Positions 10,069-20,274 are shown, numbered from the stretch's first letter. The stretch: 64,000 nucleotides of DNA from Candidatus Krumholzibacteriia bacterium (GCA_041484665.1 JBGPIA010000002.1:192001-256000), one strand, 5' to 3'. Notes: generated by a model not told the origin, from the letters alone. Translations and numbers: made by a program.

Positions 10069-10650
10069 CTACCGGCACAGGCTCAGGAAGTTGGCGATCA
10101 GGCGCTTTCCGCCCTGCGTCAGGATCGACTCGGGATGGAACTGCACGCCCCACGTCTCGCTGGCGCGGCTCTTGATCGCCATCAGCTCGTCGTCGCTGGT
10201 CCAGGCGTGCACCTCGAAGCGGTCGGGCAATCCGGCGCGCGTGATCTCCAGGGAATGATAGCGCGTCGCCGTGAACGGATTCTCCATTCCGTGAAAGATG
10301 CCCCGCCCCCCGTGGATGATCTGCGAGGTCTTGCCGTGGAGGATCCGCCGCGCGCGCGTCACCTCCCCGCCGTAGGCGGCCGCCATGCACTGGTGCCCCA
10401 GGCACACGCCCAGGATCGGGATCTTGCCGTCCAGCGCCCGGATCGCCCCGATGCTCACGCCCGAGTCGGCCGGCGAGCCGGGGCCCGGCGAGATCACCAG
10501 CCCATCGATGCGTGCGCTGCGCAGGCCGGTCACGGTGATCTCGTCGTTGCGCACCACCTCCACGCTGGCGCCCAGCTCGCCCAGGTACTGGACGAGGTTG
10601 AAGGTGAAGCTGTCGTAGTTGTCCAGAACCAGGATCGCGGGCGCCTTCAT
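10069..10650 (-). CDS. trpG: Anthranilate synthase component II (glutamine amidotransferase)
   Basis: DNYDSFTFNL, ISPGPG, GVCLGHQ, RYHSL, QFHPES. Confidence 0.95.
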   Translation of the reverse strand: MKAPAILVLDNYDSFTFNLVQYLGELGASVEVVRNDEITVTGLRSARIDGLVISPGPGSPADSGVSIGAIRALDGKIPILGVCLGHQCMAAAYGGEVTRARRILHGKTSQIIHGGRGIFHGMENPFTATRYHSLEITRAGLPDRFEVHAWTSDDELMAIKSRASETWGVQFHPESILTQGGKRLIANFLSLCR

Positions 10651-12134
10651 AGATCCAGCCCCTCCTCGGCCAGGGCGATGGCCGCCCGGGCAGCCTCGGC
10701 CTTCTCCAGCGTCTCGGTCAGCTCGCGCTCGGGGAGGCTGTCGAGCACGATTCCCGCACCCACGCCCGTGCGCGCTTCCTGCTCCTCGCAGACGATGGTG
10801 CGGATGGCGATGCACGTGTCCATGGCGCCGGAGAAGCTGAAATAGCCCACGGCACCGGCGTAGATCCCGCGGCGACGGCTCTCCAACGCGTCGATGATCT
10901 CCATGGCGCGGATCTTCGGCGCCCCCGAAACCGTCCCCGCCGGGAAACAGGCGCGCAGCGCGTCGAAGCAGTCCAACCCCTCGCGCAGCTCGCCGCTCAC
11001 GTGGCTGACCAGGTGGATGACGTGGCTGTAGCGCTCCACCTTCATCAGCTCGTCGCAGTGGACGGTGCCGAACGCGCAGACCCGGCCCAGGTCGTTGCGT
11101 CCCAGATCCACCAGCATCACGTGCTCGGCGCGCTCCTTCTCGTCGGCGATCAGCCCTGCTATGTGCTGCGCATCCTGCGCATCGCTGTGGCCGCGCGGCC
11201 GCGTGCCCGCGATCGGGCGCACCTCCACCCTCCTCCCCTCCACGCGCACGAGCACCTCGGGCGAGGCGCCAATCACCTGCCGCTGCCCCAAGTCGAGGAA
11301 GTACATGTAGGGGCTGGGATTGATGCGGCGCAACGCCCGGTAGACGTCCAGGGGATCGGCGCGCAGCGGGCAGGACAACTCGTGGCTGAGCACGACTTGG
11401 AAGATGTCCCCGGCACGGATGTGCTGCCGCGCCTTCTCCACGGCGGCCTTGAATGCCGTGGGCCTGACGTCGCTGCGCAGCTCGGCAGGCCGGCGGGTCT
11501 TCGCCCCCGCCGCGGCGGCCGGGGCGGGAGCGCGCAGCCGCGCCAGGATCGCCTCGATCCGCTGCTGCGCTCCTGCGTAGGCCTGCGCCGGCTCGCCGTC
11601 AACGGTGGCGCAGGCGACCACTTTCATCGTATGCGAGAGGTTGTCGAACACCACCAGATCGCAAACCAGCAGCAGATCGATCTCGGGGACCGCAGCATGT
11701 TTGGCGTGTCGGTCGGGGATGCGCTCCATGGTGCGCACCGTGTCGTAGCCGATGTATCCAACGGCACCGCCAAAGAAGCGCGGCAGCCCTGGAGTCTGCG
11801 CTGGCTGGAACCCCTGCAACCACGCCGCGAGCGCCGCCAGCGGATCTTTCGTGCGCAACGTGCGCGTGCGGCCCTGCCACCGGATCGTGACGCGATCGCC
11901 GCGGGCGGTGAAGCGGCCCGCCGGTTGCGCGCCCAACAGCGAATAACGTCCCCAGGTCTCCCCGCCCTCGACGCTCTCCAGCAGGAAGCTCTCGGCGTCG
12001 CCGCGCAGCTTACGGAACGCCGACACGGGCGTCTCGAGGTCGCCCAGCACCTCGCGCACCAACGGGATCAGGTTGTGGCGGCGCGCCAGGCGGGCGAATT
12101 CCCGCGGGCTTGGCTCGATGCGGGAGGCCCTCAC
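10647..12134 (-). CDS. trpE: Anthranilate synthase component I
   Basis: DLETPVSAF, FLLESVEG, GDIFQVVLS, NPSPYM, PIAGTRPRG, EHVMLVDLGRND, GTVSGAPK; GTG start overlaps the recN stop. Confidence 0.95.
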   Translation of the reverse strand: MRASRIEPSPREFARLARRHNLIPLVREVLGDLETPVSAFRKLRGDAESFLLESVEGGETWGRYSLLGAQPAGRFTARGDRVTIRWQGRTRTLRTKDPLAALAAWLQGFQPAQTPGLPRFFGGAVGYIGYDTVRTMERIPDRHAKHAAVPEIDLLLVCDLVVFDNLSHTMKVVACATVDGEPAQAYAGAQQRIEAILARLRAPAPAAAAGAKTRRPAELRSDVRPTAFKAAVEKARQHIRAGDIFQVVLSHELSCPLRADPLDVYRALRRINPSPYMYFLDLGQRQVIGASPEVLVRVEGRRVEVRPIAGTRPRGHSDAQDAQHIAGLIADEKERAEHVMLVDLGRNDLGRVCAFGTVHCDELMKVERYSHVIHLVSHVSGELREGLDCFDALRACFPAGTVSGAPKIRAMEIIDALESRRRGIYAGAVGYFSFSGAMDTCIAIRTIVCEEQEARTGVGAGIVLDSLPERELTETLEKAEAARAAIALAEEGLDL

Positions 12135-13858
12135 GACGCAGCCTCCGTGGCCGCTTCGCCCGCCTGGGCACGCAACATGTGGCGGGCGAGCTTGCGCTGC
12201 TGCTCCCCCTCGCCACCCAGCATGCGCGCGAGCTCGGCCACGCGCTGGCCGGCCTGCAGTACGGCGATCTGGCTGATCACGCGATCTCCTTCTGCCTCCT
12301 TGCGCGCGGCCAGGTGGCGCTGCGCCGCCGCCGCGACCGCGGGCATGTGGGTGATCACCAGCAGCTGCACCTCCGCCGCCATGGCGCGCAGGCGCTCCGC
12401 CACCGCCGGGCCCAGATCCGCGGACAACCCCGTGTCCACCTCGTCGAGGATGAGCAGGGCCGGCTGGTGGCGCCGCGCCGAGAGGGTGCGCAATACCAGC
12501 GAGAGGCGACTCAGCTCGCCGCCGCTGGCGACCCGCTCCACGGGGCCCAGCGCCTCCCCGCGGTTGGTGCGCACGAGCAGCGCCACGCGCTCGGGTCCCT
12601 CCCGCGCCGGCTGCACCGCACGCCCGTCGATGCGCACGGGGCCCTCCTCCGACTCGCGCAAGGTGAGCGCGAATGCCAGCTGAGCCTCTCGCATCCCCAG
12701 CTCTGCCAGAAGCGCCTCGGCCACGCGCTGTGCCGTGCGCGCCACCGCCACGCGCGCGCGGTGTAAAGCAACGGCCGCCGCCTGCAGCCGCTGCGTCGCC
12801 GCCGCCAGGCCCAGCGCCAGCGCAGGCGGCGGCTGCGGCCCGTCGTCCAGCCCCGCCAGCTCCAAGCGCAGCCGCTCGCGCAGCTCGATCAGCTCGCGCT
12901 CGCTGCGGCCGTAGCGGCGCACCAGCGCCTGGAGTTCCGCCAGGCGCGCCTGCGACCGGTCGAGCTCCGCGGGATCGAGGTCGCTGTCGGCCAGGAACCC
13001 GGCCAAGACCCGCTGCGCTTGCGCGGCGAGCTCTGCGGCGGAGACCAGCGCCTCCCGCGCCTGCGCCAGCGCATCCAGGTCGGTTCCCGCGCGCGACAGC
13101 AAACGCTGCGCCTCGGCCAGCCGGTGCGCGGCGCCGCGGTCCTCGTCGGCCAGCGCCTCGCTGGCGGCGGATACGGCCTCCACCAGCCGCGCGCCGCCCG
13201 CCATGCGCGCCACCGTCTGGCGCAGCGCCTCCAGCTCGCCGTCGCGCAGCCGCGCGCGCTCCAGATCGCGCAGCTGCACCTCCACCAGGTCGCGCTGCGC
13301 CAACAGCTGCGCGCGGCGCGCCTGCCACTGCTCCACCGCCGCGCGGGCCAGCGCGTGGTCGTCGAACGCGGCCTCGTGCTCGCGCAGCAGCTCGTCGGCC
13401 ACGCCGCAGCCGTCCAGCAGCGCCGCGTGCGCCGATGGCTGCAACAGCCGGACCTGCTCGTGCTGGCTCTGCAGCTCGATCAGGCGGCCGCACAGCGCCG
13501 CCAACAGTGCGGCGGGTGCGGGGGTGGCGTCGATGTGGGCTCGGCTGCGCCCGCCGACGCGCACCTCGCGGCGCACGCGCAGGCAACCGTCGCGCGGGCG
13601 CGGTAGCCCCAGCTCCTCGAGGGCGTCCAGCAAGTCGGGCCGGCCTTCCAGGTCGAAAAACGCCTCGGCGCTGGCCGCCGCAGCCCCGGCGCGGATCAGG
13701 CCGCGCTCGATGGGGTCGCCGGTGAGCCAGCGCAGCGCCTCGACCACCAGCGACTTGCCGGCCCCGGTGCTCCCGGTGAGCACGTTGAGCCCCGGCCCCA
13801 GCGTCACCGTCACGTCGGCGGCGATGGCGAGGTTGCTCAAGCGCAGCTCACGCAGCAC
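12131..13858 (-). CDS. recN: DNA repair protein RecN
   Basis: LNVLTGSTGAGKS Walker A, long coiled coil, ASGGELSR signature, LDEVDTG Walker B, ITH, ELARMLGG. Confidence 0.93.
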   Translation of the reverse strand: MLRELRLSNLAIAADVTVTLGPGLNVLTGSTGAGKSLVVEALRWLTGDPIERGLIRAGAAAASAEAFFDLEGRPDLLDALEELGLPRPRDGCLRVRREVRVGGRSRAHIDATPAPAALLAALCGRLIELQSQHEQVRLLQPSAHAALLDGCGVADELLREHEAAFDDHALARAAVEQWQARRAQLLAQRDLVEVQLRDLERARLRDGELEALRQTVARMAGGARLVEAVSAASEALADEDRGAAHRLAEAQRLLSRAGTDLDALAQAREALVSAAELAAQAQRVLAGFLADSDLDPAELDRSQARLAELQALVRRYGRSERELIELRERLRLELAGLDDGPQPPPALALGLAAATQRLQAAAVALHRARVAVARTAQRVAEALLAELGMREAQLAFALTLRESEEGPVRIDGRAVQPAREGPERVALLVRTNRGEALGPVERVASGGELSRLSLVLRTLSARRHQPALLILDEVDTGLSADLGPAVAERLRAMAAEVQLLVITHMPAVAAAAQRHLAARKEAEGDRVISQIAVLQAGQRVAELARMLGGEGEQQRKLARHMLRAQAGEAATEAAS

Positions 13859-14765
13859 GGCTCCCTCCGGGTGCGGGGGAGGCGGGACCGGTGTCGGATA
13901 GGATGCGGTGCGGGCCTCCCCAATTGAGTTTCTCCTGGATGATCTGGAAGAAGTCGCGGCGCGGCAGCCGGATGAAGTGGGCCACCTCGTGGCACTTGCG
14001 GAAGCGCAGGCGGTCCCCCTGCGTCACCGCGGTGGGGACCTGGCCGTCGGCGATGAGCACCGGGCTGGTGCATTCCTGCATCTTGACCTCGATCGTCCGC
14101 CGGCTGTCGAGGATCATGGGGCGAACGCCCAGGCTGTGCGGACAGATGGGCGTGAGCACGAACGCATCGAGGGTGGGATCCACGATCGGGCCGCCCGCGG
14201 CCAAGCTGTACGCGGTGCTGCCGGTGGGTGTGGCGAGGATGAACCCGTCGGCGAGGTAGCGACCCACCTGCGTCCCCGCCACTTCAACCTCCAGGTCGAT
14301 CGCGCGCGGGACCGGCCCCATATTGAGCACTACATCGTTGAGCGCCGTGGTCGAGAACACGATCTGGCCATTGCGCACCACATCGACGGCCACCTTGCGC
14401 CGCTTCTCGATGTGGTAGTCCCCCGTGGCCAGGCAGCGAACGGCCGAGGGGATCTCCTCCTGGCGCACCTCGGTCAGGAAGCCCAGGCCGCCGAGGTTGA
14501 CGCCCAAGAGCGGAGTGCCGTGACCGCCCACCAGCCGCGCCGCGCGCAGGAACGTGCCGTCGCCGCCGAAGCTCATCACCGCATCGGCCTCCACCACCAG
14601 CTCCTCCTCCGGCGCGCGCGGACCCGCCAGCGACAGCCCCTCCGCCAGCGGCACGGAGATCAGCACCTGCAGGCCGTTGGCCGTGAGCTCGCGCACGCTC
14701 AGCTCGAGCGCGGCGCCGATCGGGCGCTTGCCGAGGTTGCCGATCAGACCGATGCGGGTGAGCAC
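13848..14765 (-). CDS. nadK: NAD kinase
   Basis: GGDGTFL, GVNLGGLGFL, ALND, ATPTGSTAYSLAAGGP, TPICPH; GTG start inferred. Confidence 0.95.
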   Translation of the reverse strand: MLTRIGLIGNLGKRPIGAALELSVRELTANGLQVLISVPLAEGLSLAGPRAPEEELVVEADAVMSFGGDGTFLRAARLVGGHGTPLLGVNLGGLGFLTEVRQEEIPSAVRCLATGDYHIEKRRKVAVDVVRNGQIVFSTTALNDVVLNMGPVPRAIDLEVEVAGTQVGRYLADGFILATPTGSTAYSLAAGGPIVDPTLDAFVLTPICPHSLGVRPMILDSRRTIEVKMQECTSPVLIADGQVPTAVTQGDRLRFRKCHEVAHFIRLPRRDFFQIIQEKLNWGGPHRILSDTGPASPAPGGSRAA

Positions 14766-14799
14766 GGCAGTGGGAAACGCGCGTTCCCTGGGCGGTGGG

Positions 14800-16728
14800 T
14801 CATTCGTTGCGGGCGCGGCGCCGGTCCGCGAGGTCGACCCGGCGGCGCATCCCCTCCAGGAGCTGCTCGATCTCGCGCGCAACCGCCTCGGGGGTGAGGC
14901 CCACGTCGCGCAGGAGCTGCGCCGGCTCACCGTGCTCCACGAAGTGGTCGGCGATGGCGAAGCAATGCACCCGCGGCACCGCGTCGAGCTCGCGATGCAA
15001 CAGCTCCAGCACGGCGGAGCCAAAGCCCCCCTGCTCGGTCCCCTCCTCCACCGTGCACAGCAACCGGTGGCGGGCGGCAAGTTGCAGCAGTAGCTCGCGG
15101 TCCAGCGGCTTGATGAAACGCGCGTTGGCGACGGTGGCGGCGATCCCCTGCGCGGCCAATCGCTGCGCCGCCTGCAGCGCGAGCTGCACGCCGCTGCCCA
15201 CGGCCAGCAGCGCCAGGTCCTCCCCCTCGCGCAGGATCTCCCCCTTGCCGATGGGGAGCGCCTGCAGTGGCTCGGTGAGGGGGACCCCCACGCCCGCGCC
15301 GCGCGGGTAGCGCAGCGCGATCGGGCCGCCGTCGTAGCACAGCGCCGTCTTGAGCATGTGGCGCAGCTCGTCCTCGTCCTTGGGAGCCATGATCACGAAG
15401 TTGGGCACGGCACGCAGATAGGTCAGGTCGAAGCAACCGTGGTGCGTCGCGCCGTCGGCTCCCACCAGCCCGCCCCGGTCCAGGGCGAACACCACGTTGA
15501 GCCCTTGCAGCGCGATGTCGTGGATCAGCTGATCGTAGGCGCGTTGCAGGAACGTGGAGTAGATGGCGCAGACCGGCTTGAGCCCACGGCAGGCCAGGCC
15601 GCCCGCAAAGGTGACGGCGTGCTGCTCGGCGATCCCCACGTCGAAGAAACGGTCGGGGTGCGCCGCGGCAAACTTGTCCAGCCCGGTGCCCTCGGGCATC
15701 GCGGCGGTGATGGCCACGACGCGGCGATCCTCGTTGGCCAGTTCCACCAGGGTCGAGCCGAAGACCGCGGTGTACGAGGGCGGGCCCGACGCCGGCTTCT
15801 TCACCATGCCCTGCGTCTTGTCGAATTTTGTGACGCCGTGGTAGCGGAAGGCGTCGGCCTCGGCGAAGGAGTAGCCCTTGCCCTTCTGCGTGATCACGTG
15901 GACGAGGGTGGGACCTTTGAGATGCTTGACGTCGTTGAGCGTGTCCACGAGCAGATCCAGGTCGTGGCCGTCGAGCGGACCGAAGTAGCGGAAGCCCAGC
16001 GCCTCGAACAGCTGGCCGGGGACCATCAGCGTCTTGATGCTCTCCTTGAGGCGGTGGGCCAGCGCCTGCGCCCGCACGCCCCCAGGCATCTTGCCCAGCA
16101 TCTCCCAGATCTCCGCCTCGATCTTGTTGTAGAGGCTGCCCGAGGTGATCTGGGTGAGGTAGCGGTTGATGGCGCCCACATTGGGGCTGATGGACATCTC
16201 GTTGTCGTTGAGGACGACGATCAGGTCGGTGCCGACGTGGCCAGCATTGTTGAGCCCCTCGTAGGCGATGCCGCCGGTGAGCGCGCCGTCGCCCACCACG
16301 GCGATCACGTGGTGCTTCTCGCGGCGCAGGTCCCGGGCCACCGCATAGCCCAAGGCCGCGCTGATGGCGGTTGATGCGTGCCCCACGCCGAACATGTCGT
16401 GGGGGCTTTCGCTGCGGCGCGGAAAGCCCGACAGCCCGCCGTACTGGCGGATGGTCGGGAACTGGGCGCGCCGCCCGGTGAGGATCTTGTGGCCATAGGC
16501 CTGGTGACCGACGTCCCAGACGATCTTGTCACGCGGGGAGTCGAAGCAATGGTGTATGGCCACCGTCAGCTCGACGACCCCCAGGCTCGCGCCCAGGTGC
16601 CCGCCGACCTGGCTGACCACGTTGATGACTTCGTCGCGCACCTCATCGGCCAGCTGCCGCAGCTCTTTGCGGCTCATGCCCGAGAGCTGGTCGGGAGACT
16701 CGATCTGATCCAACAGACGCTCGAGCAT
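14800..16728 (-). CDS. dxs: 1-deoxy-D-xylulose-5-phosphate synthase
   Basis: GGHLGASLG, WDVGHQAY, GDGALTGG TPP motif, DVGIAEQHA, YSTFLQRAYDQ, DGATHHG. Confidence 0.97.
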   Translation of the reverse strand: MLERLLDQIESPDQLSGMSRKELRQLADEVRDEVINVVSQVGGHLGASLGVVELTVAIHHCFDSPRDKIVWDVGHQAYGHKILTGRRAQFPTIRQYGGLSGFPRRSESPHDMFGVGHASTAISAALGYAVARDLRREKHHVIAVVGDGALTGGIAYEGLNNAGHVGTDLIVVLNDNEMSISPNVGAINRYLTQITSGSLYNKIEAEIWEMLGKMPGGVRAQALAHRLKESIKTLMVPGQLFEALGFRYFGPLDGHDLDLLVDTLNDVKHLKGPTLVHVITQKGKGYSFAEADAFRYHGVTKFDKTQGMVKKPASGPPSYTAVFGSTLVELANEDRRVVAITAAMPEGTGLDKFAAAHPDRFFDVGIAEQHAVTFAGGLACRGLKPVCAIYSTFLQRAYDQLIHDIALQGLNVVFALDRGGLVGADGATHHGCFDLTYLRAVPNFVIMAPKDEDELRHMLKTALCYDGGPIALRYPRGAGVGVPLTEPLQALPIGKGEILREGEDLALLAVGSGVQLALQAAQRLAAQGIAATVANARFIKPLDRELLLQLAARHRLLCTVEEGTEQGGFGSAVLELLHRELDAVPRVHCFAIADHFVEHGEPAQLLRDVGLTPEAVAREIEQLLEGMRRRVDLADRRRARNE

Positions 16729-16932
16729 CGTGGCGCTCCGGGGCCAGGAACAGGGACTGTCGGCCACTCTAGCCTACCGCATTCCGGCCGCCAAAGAGTA
16801 CTTGGCCGGCGTTTCTGCCTCTGGAGTTGCGGCCGGCCGGGCGAACCGCTGACTCCGTCCGCCGGGCGGACGCACGACGCGGCCCGCTTGGCGGCCCGCG
16901 GGGCGAGCCGGACCTGCGGCCAGGTAGGCCGA

Positions 16933-17394
16933 CTAGCGCCCGGTCCCACCGAAGCCAAGGGCCGCCAGCAGTCCGAGCATTGCCCCCACTGCCACGTGGG
17001 CTGGCCGGTGGCCGCGCTCGGCGAGCGATGGCCGCAACCGCTCCAGCCACCCCGCCTCGTGACCGCCCATCTCCTCGAAGCTGCCCGCCAGATCCCGCGC
17101 GCGTCGCCCACCGGCCCCGGCGGTCAGCTGTACCCGCATGGCGTCGTGCAGGACGATCCCGGAGAACAGGGCCACCAGGGTGAAGGCCGGCGACGCGACC
17201 CCGTGGCTTAAGGCCACCAGAGTGGTCAAGCAGCCAAACGCCGCTCCGTAGAGGCTGGGCAGACCGTTGGCGGTCACCAGCGCCCTCAGCTGCAGGCGGC
17301 GCTGCGCGAGCCCGTAGAGCAGGAGCTTCACGAGCTGGCAGACCGCGCCCACCGCCATCACGAGCAGCCAGGCCGGTACGGTGCCCGCCGTCAT
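16933..17394 (-). CDS. Divergent PAP2 family (DUF212/YuiD-like) membrane protein
   Basis: QLVK..., NGLPSL (cf. GGMPSSH), VLHDAMRV, GHRPAHVAVGAMLG; usual position after ispA; TGATG overlap. Confidence 0.75.
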   Translation of the reverse strand: MTAGTVPAWLLVMAVGAVCQLVKLLLYGLAQRRLQLRALVTANGLPSLYGAAFGCLTTLVALSHGVASPAFTLVALFSGIVLHDAMRVQLTAGAGGRRARDLAGSFEEMGGHEAGWLERLRPSLAERGHRPAHVAVGAMLGLLAALGFGGTGR

Positions 17395-18341
17395 CACCGG
17401 TCGCGCTGGGCGAGGTGAAGCGCCAGCTCCGCCAGTCGCGCAGGGAGTCTGTGGCCACCGACCAAGCTCTGGCGCAGCGCCGCAAGACCCTGTCGTGCGC
17501 GGCGCTGAGCCCCGGCTCGCGCCGCGGGCGCCCCCAGGGCGGTGACCGCCGTGAGCTTGCCCTGTCGCCGGTCCTTGCCCGCCGTCTTGCCGAGCACCGC
17601 GCCACAGGACGACGCGTCGAGCCAGTCGTCGACCATCTGGAAGGCCACGCCCAGCTGCTCCCCAGCGTTGCGCACGCGCCACAGCCTGCGCCCACCCACG
17701 CCCGCGCACGCCGCGCCCATCGCCAACGCCGCGCCCATCAGGCGCCCCGTCTTGAGGCGGTGCAGCGTCACCACCCCCCGGCGCCCGCCGTCGGCGCCTG
17801 CGTGCAGATCGAGCTGCTGGCCCGCTGCCATGCCGTTGCGGCCCGCGGCATCGGCCAAGAGCCCCACCGCAATGGCCGACAGCGCCGCGGGGCGGATCCC
17901 GGCGAGCAGCGCGAAGGCCTCGGTCTGCAGCGCATCGCCGGCCAGGATCGCCGTCGCCTCATCGAATCGACGATGGCACGACGGCTGGCCCCGCCGCAGA
18001 TCGTCGTCGTCCATGGCGGGCAAATCGTCGTGGATGAGCGAGTAGGTGTGGAGCATCTCCAGCGCCATCGCGCAACGCCAGACCGCCGCGCTGCGCCGCG
18101 CGCGCCGCGCGTCGTAGGCCCACAGGCACAGCACCGGACGCAACCGCTTGCCGCCACCCAGCAGGCTGTAGGAGACCGCTGCGTCCAACCGCGGTGCCGC
18201 GGACGCCCCGCAGCGCAGCTGCCGCGCGAGACGCTGCTCGATCTGCGCGCGCTCGCGCGCGAGCGCCGGCGCGAGATCAAGGCCACGTGCTCCGGCTGCC
18301 GCCGGCGTGCGACGCAGCGCTCCTCGCACAGCGCGACTCAT
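17394..18341 (-). CDS. ispA: Farnesyl diphosphate synthase (geranyltranstransferase)
   Basis: GGKRLRP, HTYSLIHDDLPAMDDDDLRRG (FARM with Tyr at -5), GQQLD, KTG, FQMVDDWLD, GKTAGKD. Confidence 0.9.
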   Translation of the reverse strand: MSRAVRGALRRTPAAAGARGLDLAPALARERAQIEQRLARQLRCGASAAPRLDAAVSYSLLGGGKRLRPVLCLWAYDARRARRSAAVWRCAMALEMLHTYSLIHDDLPAMDDDDLRRGQPSCHRRFDEATAILAGDALQTEAFALLAGIRPAALSAIAVGLLADAAGRNGMAAGQQLDLHAGADGGRRGVVTLHRLKTGRLMGAALAMGAACAGVGGRRLWRVRNAGEQLGVAFQMVDDWLDASSCGAVLGKTAGKDRRQGKLTAVTALGAPAARAGAQRRARQGLAALRQSLVGGHRLPARLAELALHLAQRDR

Positions 18342-19222
18342 CGGTCCTCGCGCAGCTGGCAGGCTTGCACCGTGTTGCGCAGCAGCATGGCGATGGTCAT
18401 GGGGCCCACACCGCCGGGCACAGGGGTGAGCAGGCTGGCGCGCGCGGCGACTTCCGGGTGCACGTCCCCCGCCAGCCGCTCCGGCGCCGTCGACCCGTTG
18501 TCTCCCTTCAGCCGGTGGATGCCCACGTCGATCACGACGGCTCCCTCGCGCACGTGCTCGGCGCGCACGAGCAGCGGGACGCCGGCGGCAGCCACGAGGA
18601 TCTCCCCCTGCGCGCAGACTTCCGCCAGTTCGCGGCTGCGGCTGTGGCAGAGGGTGACCGTGGCGTCGCAGCCCGGCGCGGAGAGCAGGATCGAGAGCGG
18701 GCGGCCGACGATGGGGCTGCGCCCGATGATCACGGCGCGCCGGCCCTGCAGCGGCACTTCGTAGGCGCGCAGCAGCTCCAGGCAGCCCGCAGGCGTGCAG
18801 GGCACGAAGCGCGGTGCCCCTTGCGCCAGCAGGCCTGCGTTCTCCGGGTGCAGCCCGTCGACGTCCTTGTACGGATCGACCCACGTGCGCACCGCCACGG
18901 GGTCGATCTGGGGCGGCAGCGGGAGCTGGACGAGCACACCGTCGACCGCGGGGTCGGCATTGAGGCGCTCGATGAGCGCGCGCAGCTGCTGCGGCGAGCA
19001 GGCGGTCTCCAGATGGTGGGTGGTGCCGATCAGGCCGGCCGCCGCGCACGCCCGCGACTTGTTGCGCACGTAGATCTGGCTGGCGGGATCCTCGCCCACC
19101 AGCACCACGGCCAGGGTGGGGGCACGACCGCGCTCGCGCTTGAGACGCGCGACGTCGTCTGCCAGCTCGCCCTGGATGCGGCGGGCCAGGGCCGAGCCGT
19201 CCATCCGGACGGCTTCCGTCAC
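18338..19222 (-). CDS. folD: Bifunctional methylenetetrahydrofolate dehydrogenase/cyclohydrolase
   Basis: YVRNK, VLVQLPLP, KDVDGLHP, PCTPAG, GRSPIVGRP, VIDVG, TPVPGGVGPMT. Confidence 0.96.
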   Translation of the reverse strand: MTEAVRMDGSALARRIQGELADDVARLKRERGRAPTLAVVLVGEDPASQIYVRNKSRACAAAGLIGTTHHLETACSPQQLRALIERLNADPAVDGVLVQLPLPPQIDPVAVRTWVDPYKDVDGLHPENAGLLAQGAPRFVPCTPAGCLELLRAYEVPLQGRRAVIIGRSPIVGRPLSILLSAPGCDATVTLCHSRSRELAEVCAQGEILVAAAGVPLLVRAEHVREGAVVIDVGIHRLKGDNGSTAPERLAGDVHPEVAARASLLTPVPGGVGPMTIAMLLRNTVQACQLREDR

Positions 19223-20013
19223 AGCACGCCGACCTCCGCGAGGCGCTCGTGGACGCGGGCCAGCGACCGCGCCCGGCCCGTGCCCTCCTCTACGTCGACC
19301 ACCAGACCGCTGAGCCGCACGTCGCCCTTGGCGACCGTGAAGCGCACCGGCATTCCGGTCAGGAACTTCTGCAGCACGGTATCCCGCTCCATTCCGATCA
19401 CCGATTCGTAGCCACCGGTCATGCCCAAATCGGTGACGAAGGCGGTCCCTGCGGGGAGGATGCGCTCGTCGGCGGTGGGGACGTGGGTGTGGGTGCCCAC
19501 CACGACGCTCACGCGCCCATCAGCGTACCAGCCCATCGCCTGCTTCTCGCTGGTAGCCTCGGCGTGGAAGTCGAGCACGAACAGATCCGCCTCGCCGCGC
19601 AGCTCCTCCAGCAGGCGATCCAGCTCACGGAACGGGCAGTCCAACGGCGCCATGAAGACCCGGCCCTGCAGGCACAGCACGGCCACGCGCACGCCCCCGA
19701 CCCTGCGCACCGCAAACCGGCGGCCGGGCGTGTTGGGGGGGTAATTGGCCGGGCGGACGAGTCGCTCCTCGGCGGCGATGTAGGCCTCCCCCTCCTTGCG
19801 ATCCCAGAGGTGGTTGCCGCCGGTCATGACGTCGACGCCCAGTCCCAGGATTTCGCGCCCGATCTCCGCCGTCAGGCCGAAGCCCGACGCGGCGTTCTCC
19901 ACGTTGGCCACCACCAGGTCGCACCCATAGGTGGCGCGTACGCCGGGCAGCAGCCGCCGCAAGGCTTCGCGCCCCGGCCGCCCGATGAGGTCGCCGATCA
20001 TCAAGACACGCAT
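19219..20013 (-). CDS. ymdB: YmdB-like 2',3'-cyclic nucleotide metallophosphoesterase (TIGR00282 family)
   Basis: GDLIGRPG, NVENAA, TGGNHLWD, RPANYP, DFHAEATSEK, GTHTHV, TDLGMTG. Confidence 0.93.
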   Translation of the reverse strand: MRVLMIGDLIGRPGREALRRLLPGVRATYGCDLVVANVENAASGFGLTAEIGREILGLGVDVMTGGNHLWDRKEGEAYIAAEERLVRPANYPPNTPGRRFAVRRVGGVRVAVLCLQGRVFMAPLDCPFRELDRLLEELRGEADLFVLDFHAEATSEKQAMGWYADGRVSVVVGTHTHVPTADERILPAGTAFVTDLGMTGGYESVIGMERDTVLQKFLTGMPVRFTVAKGDVRLSGLVVDVEEGTGRARSLARVHERLAEVGVL

Positions 20014-20047
20014 GGGATCATCCCGGTGGCGGCGCGCAAGAGGAGAA

Positions 20048-20237
20048 GGAGGGAGCCCCACGCAGGCCGTGTGTGCGGGACTGTTTGAACCTGGTACAGC
20101 TCAAACACGGACACCCTGCCATTGCGTTTGGTCTTTCCTTGATGAGGACTTGACCGTGCACAAGAGACGTCGGGCATCCTAGACTTGGGTGTTGGCTCAA
20201 AAATGCCGGCGCATCACGCACCCGGCAGGGTCCCTCC
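20048..20237 (-). ncRNA. ssrS: 6S RNA (SsrS)
   Basis: Classic position right after zapA; about 190 nt with terminal stem GGAGGGACCC/GGGGCTCCCTCC and 6S-like segments CCCTGCCGGGTGCGTGA, TTTGAGCCAACAC, GGTTCAA, CACACGGC; ends approximate. Confidence 0.8.
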
Positions 20238-20274
20238 TGCAGCCCAATGTAGGTTCTTTCCGCGGCGGCGCACC

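Noticed and set aside
10647..13586. Apparent long N-terminal extensions or fusions of trpE, trpF, trpB, ispA, SGNH, asnB and several GTs
   Set aside because: Extensions are Arg/Ala/Gly-rich read-through overlapping the upstream gene; true starts fall at stop/start overlaps or after SD sequences
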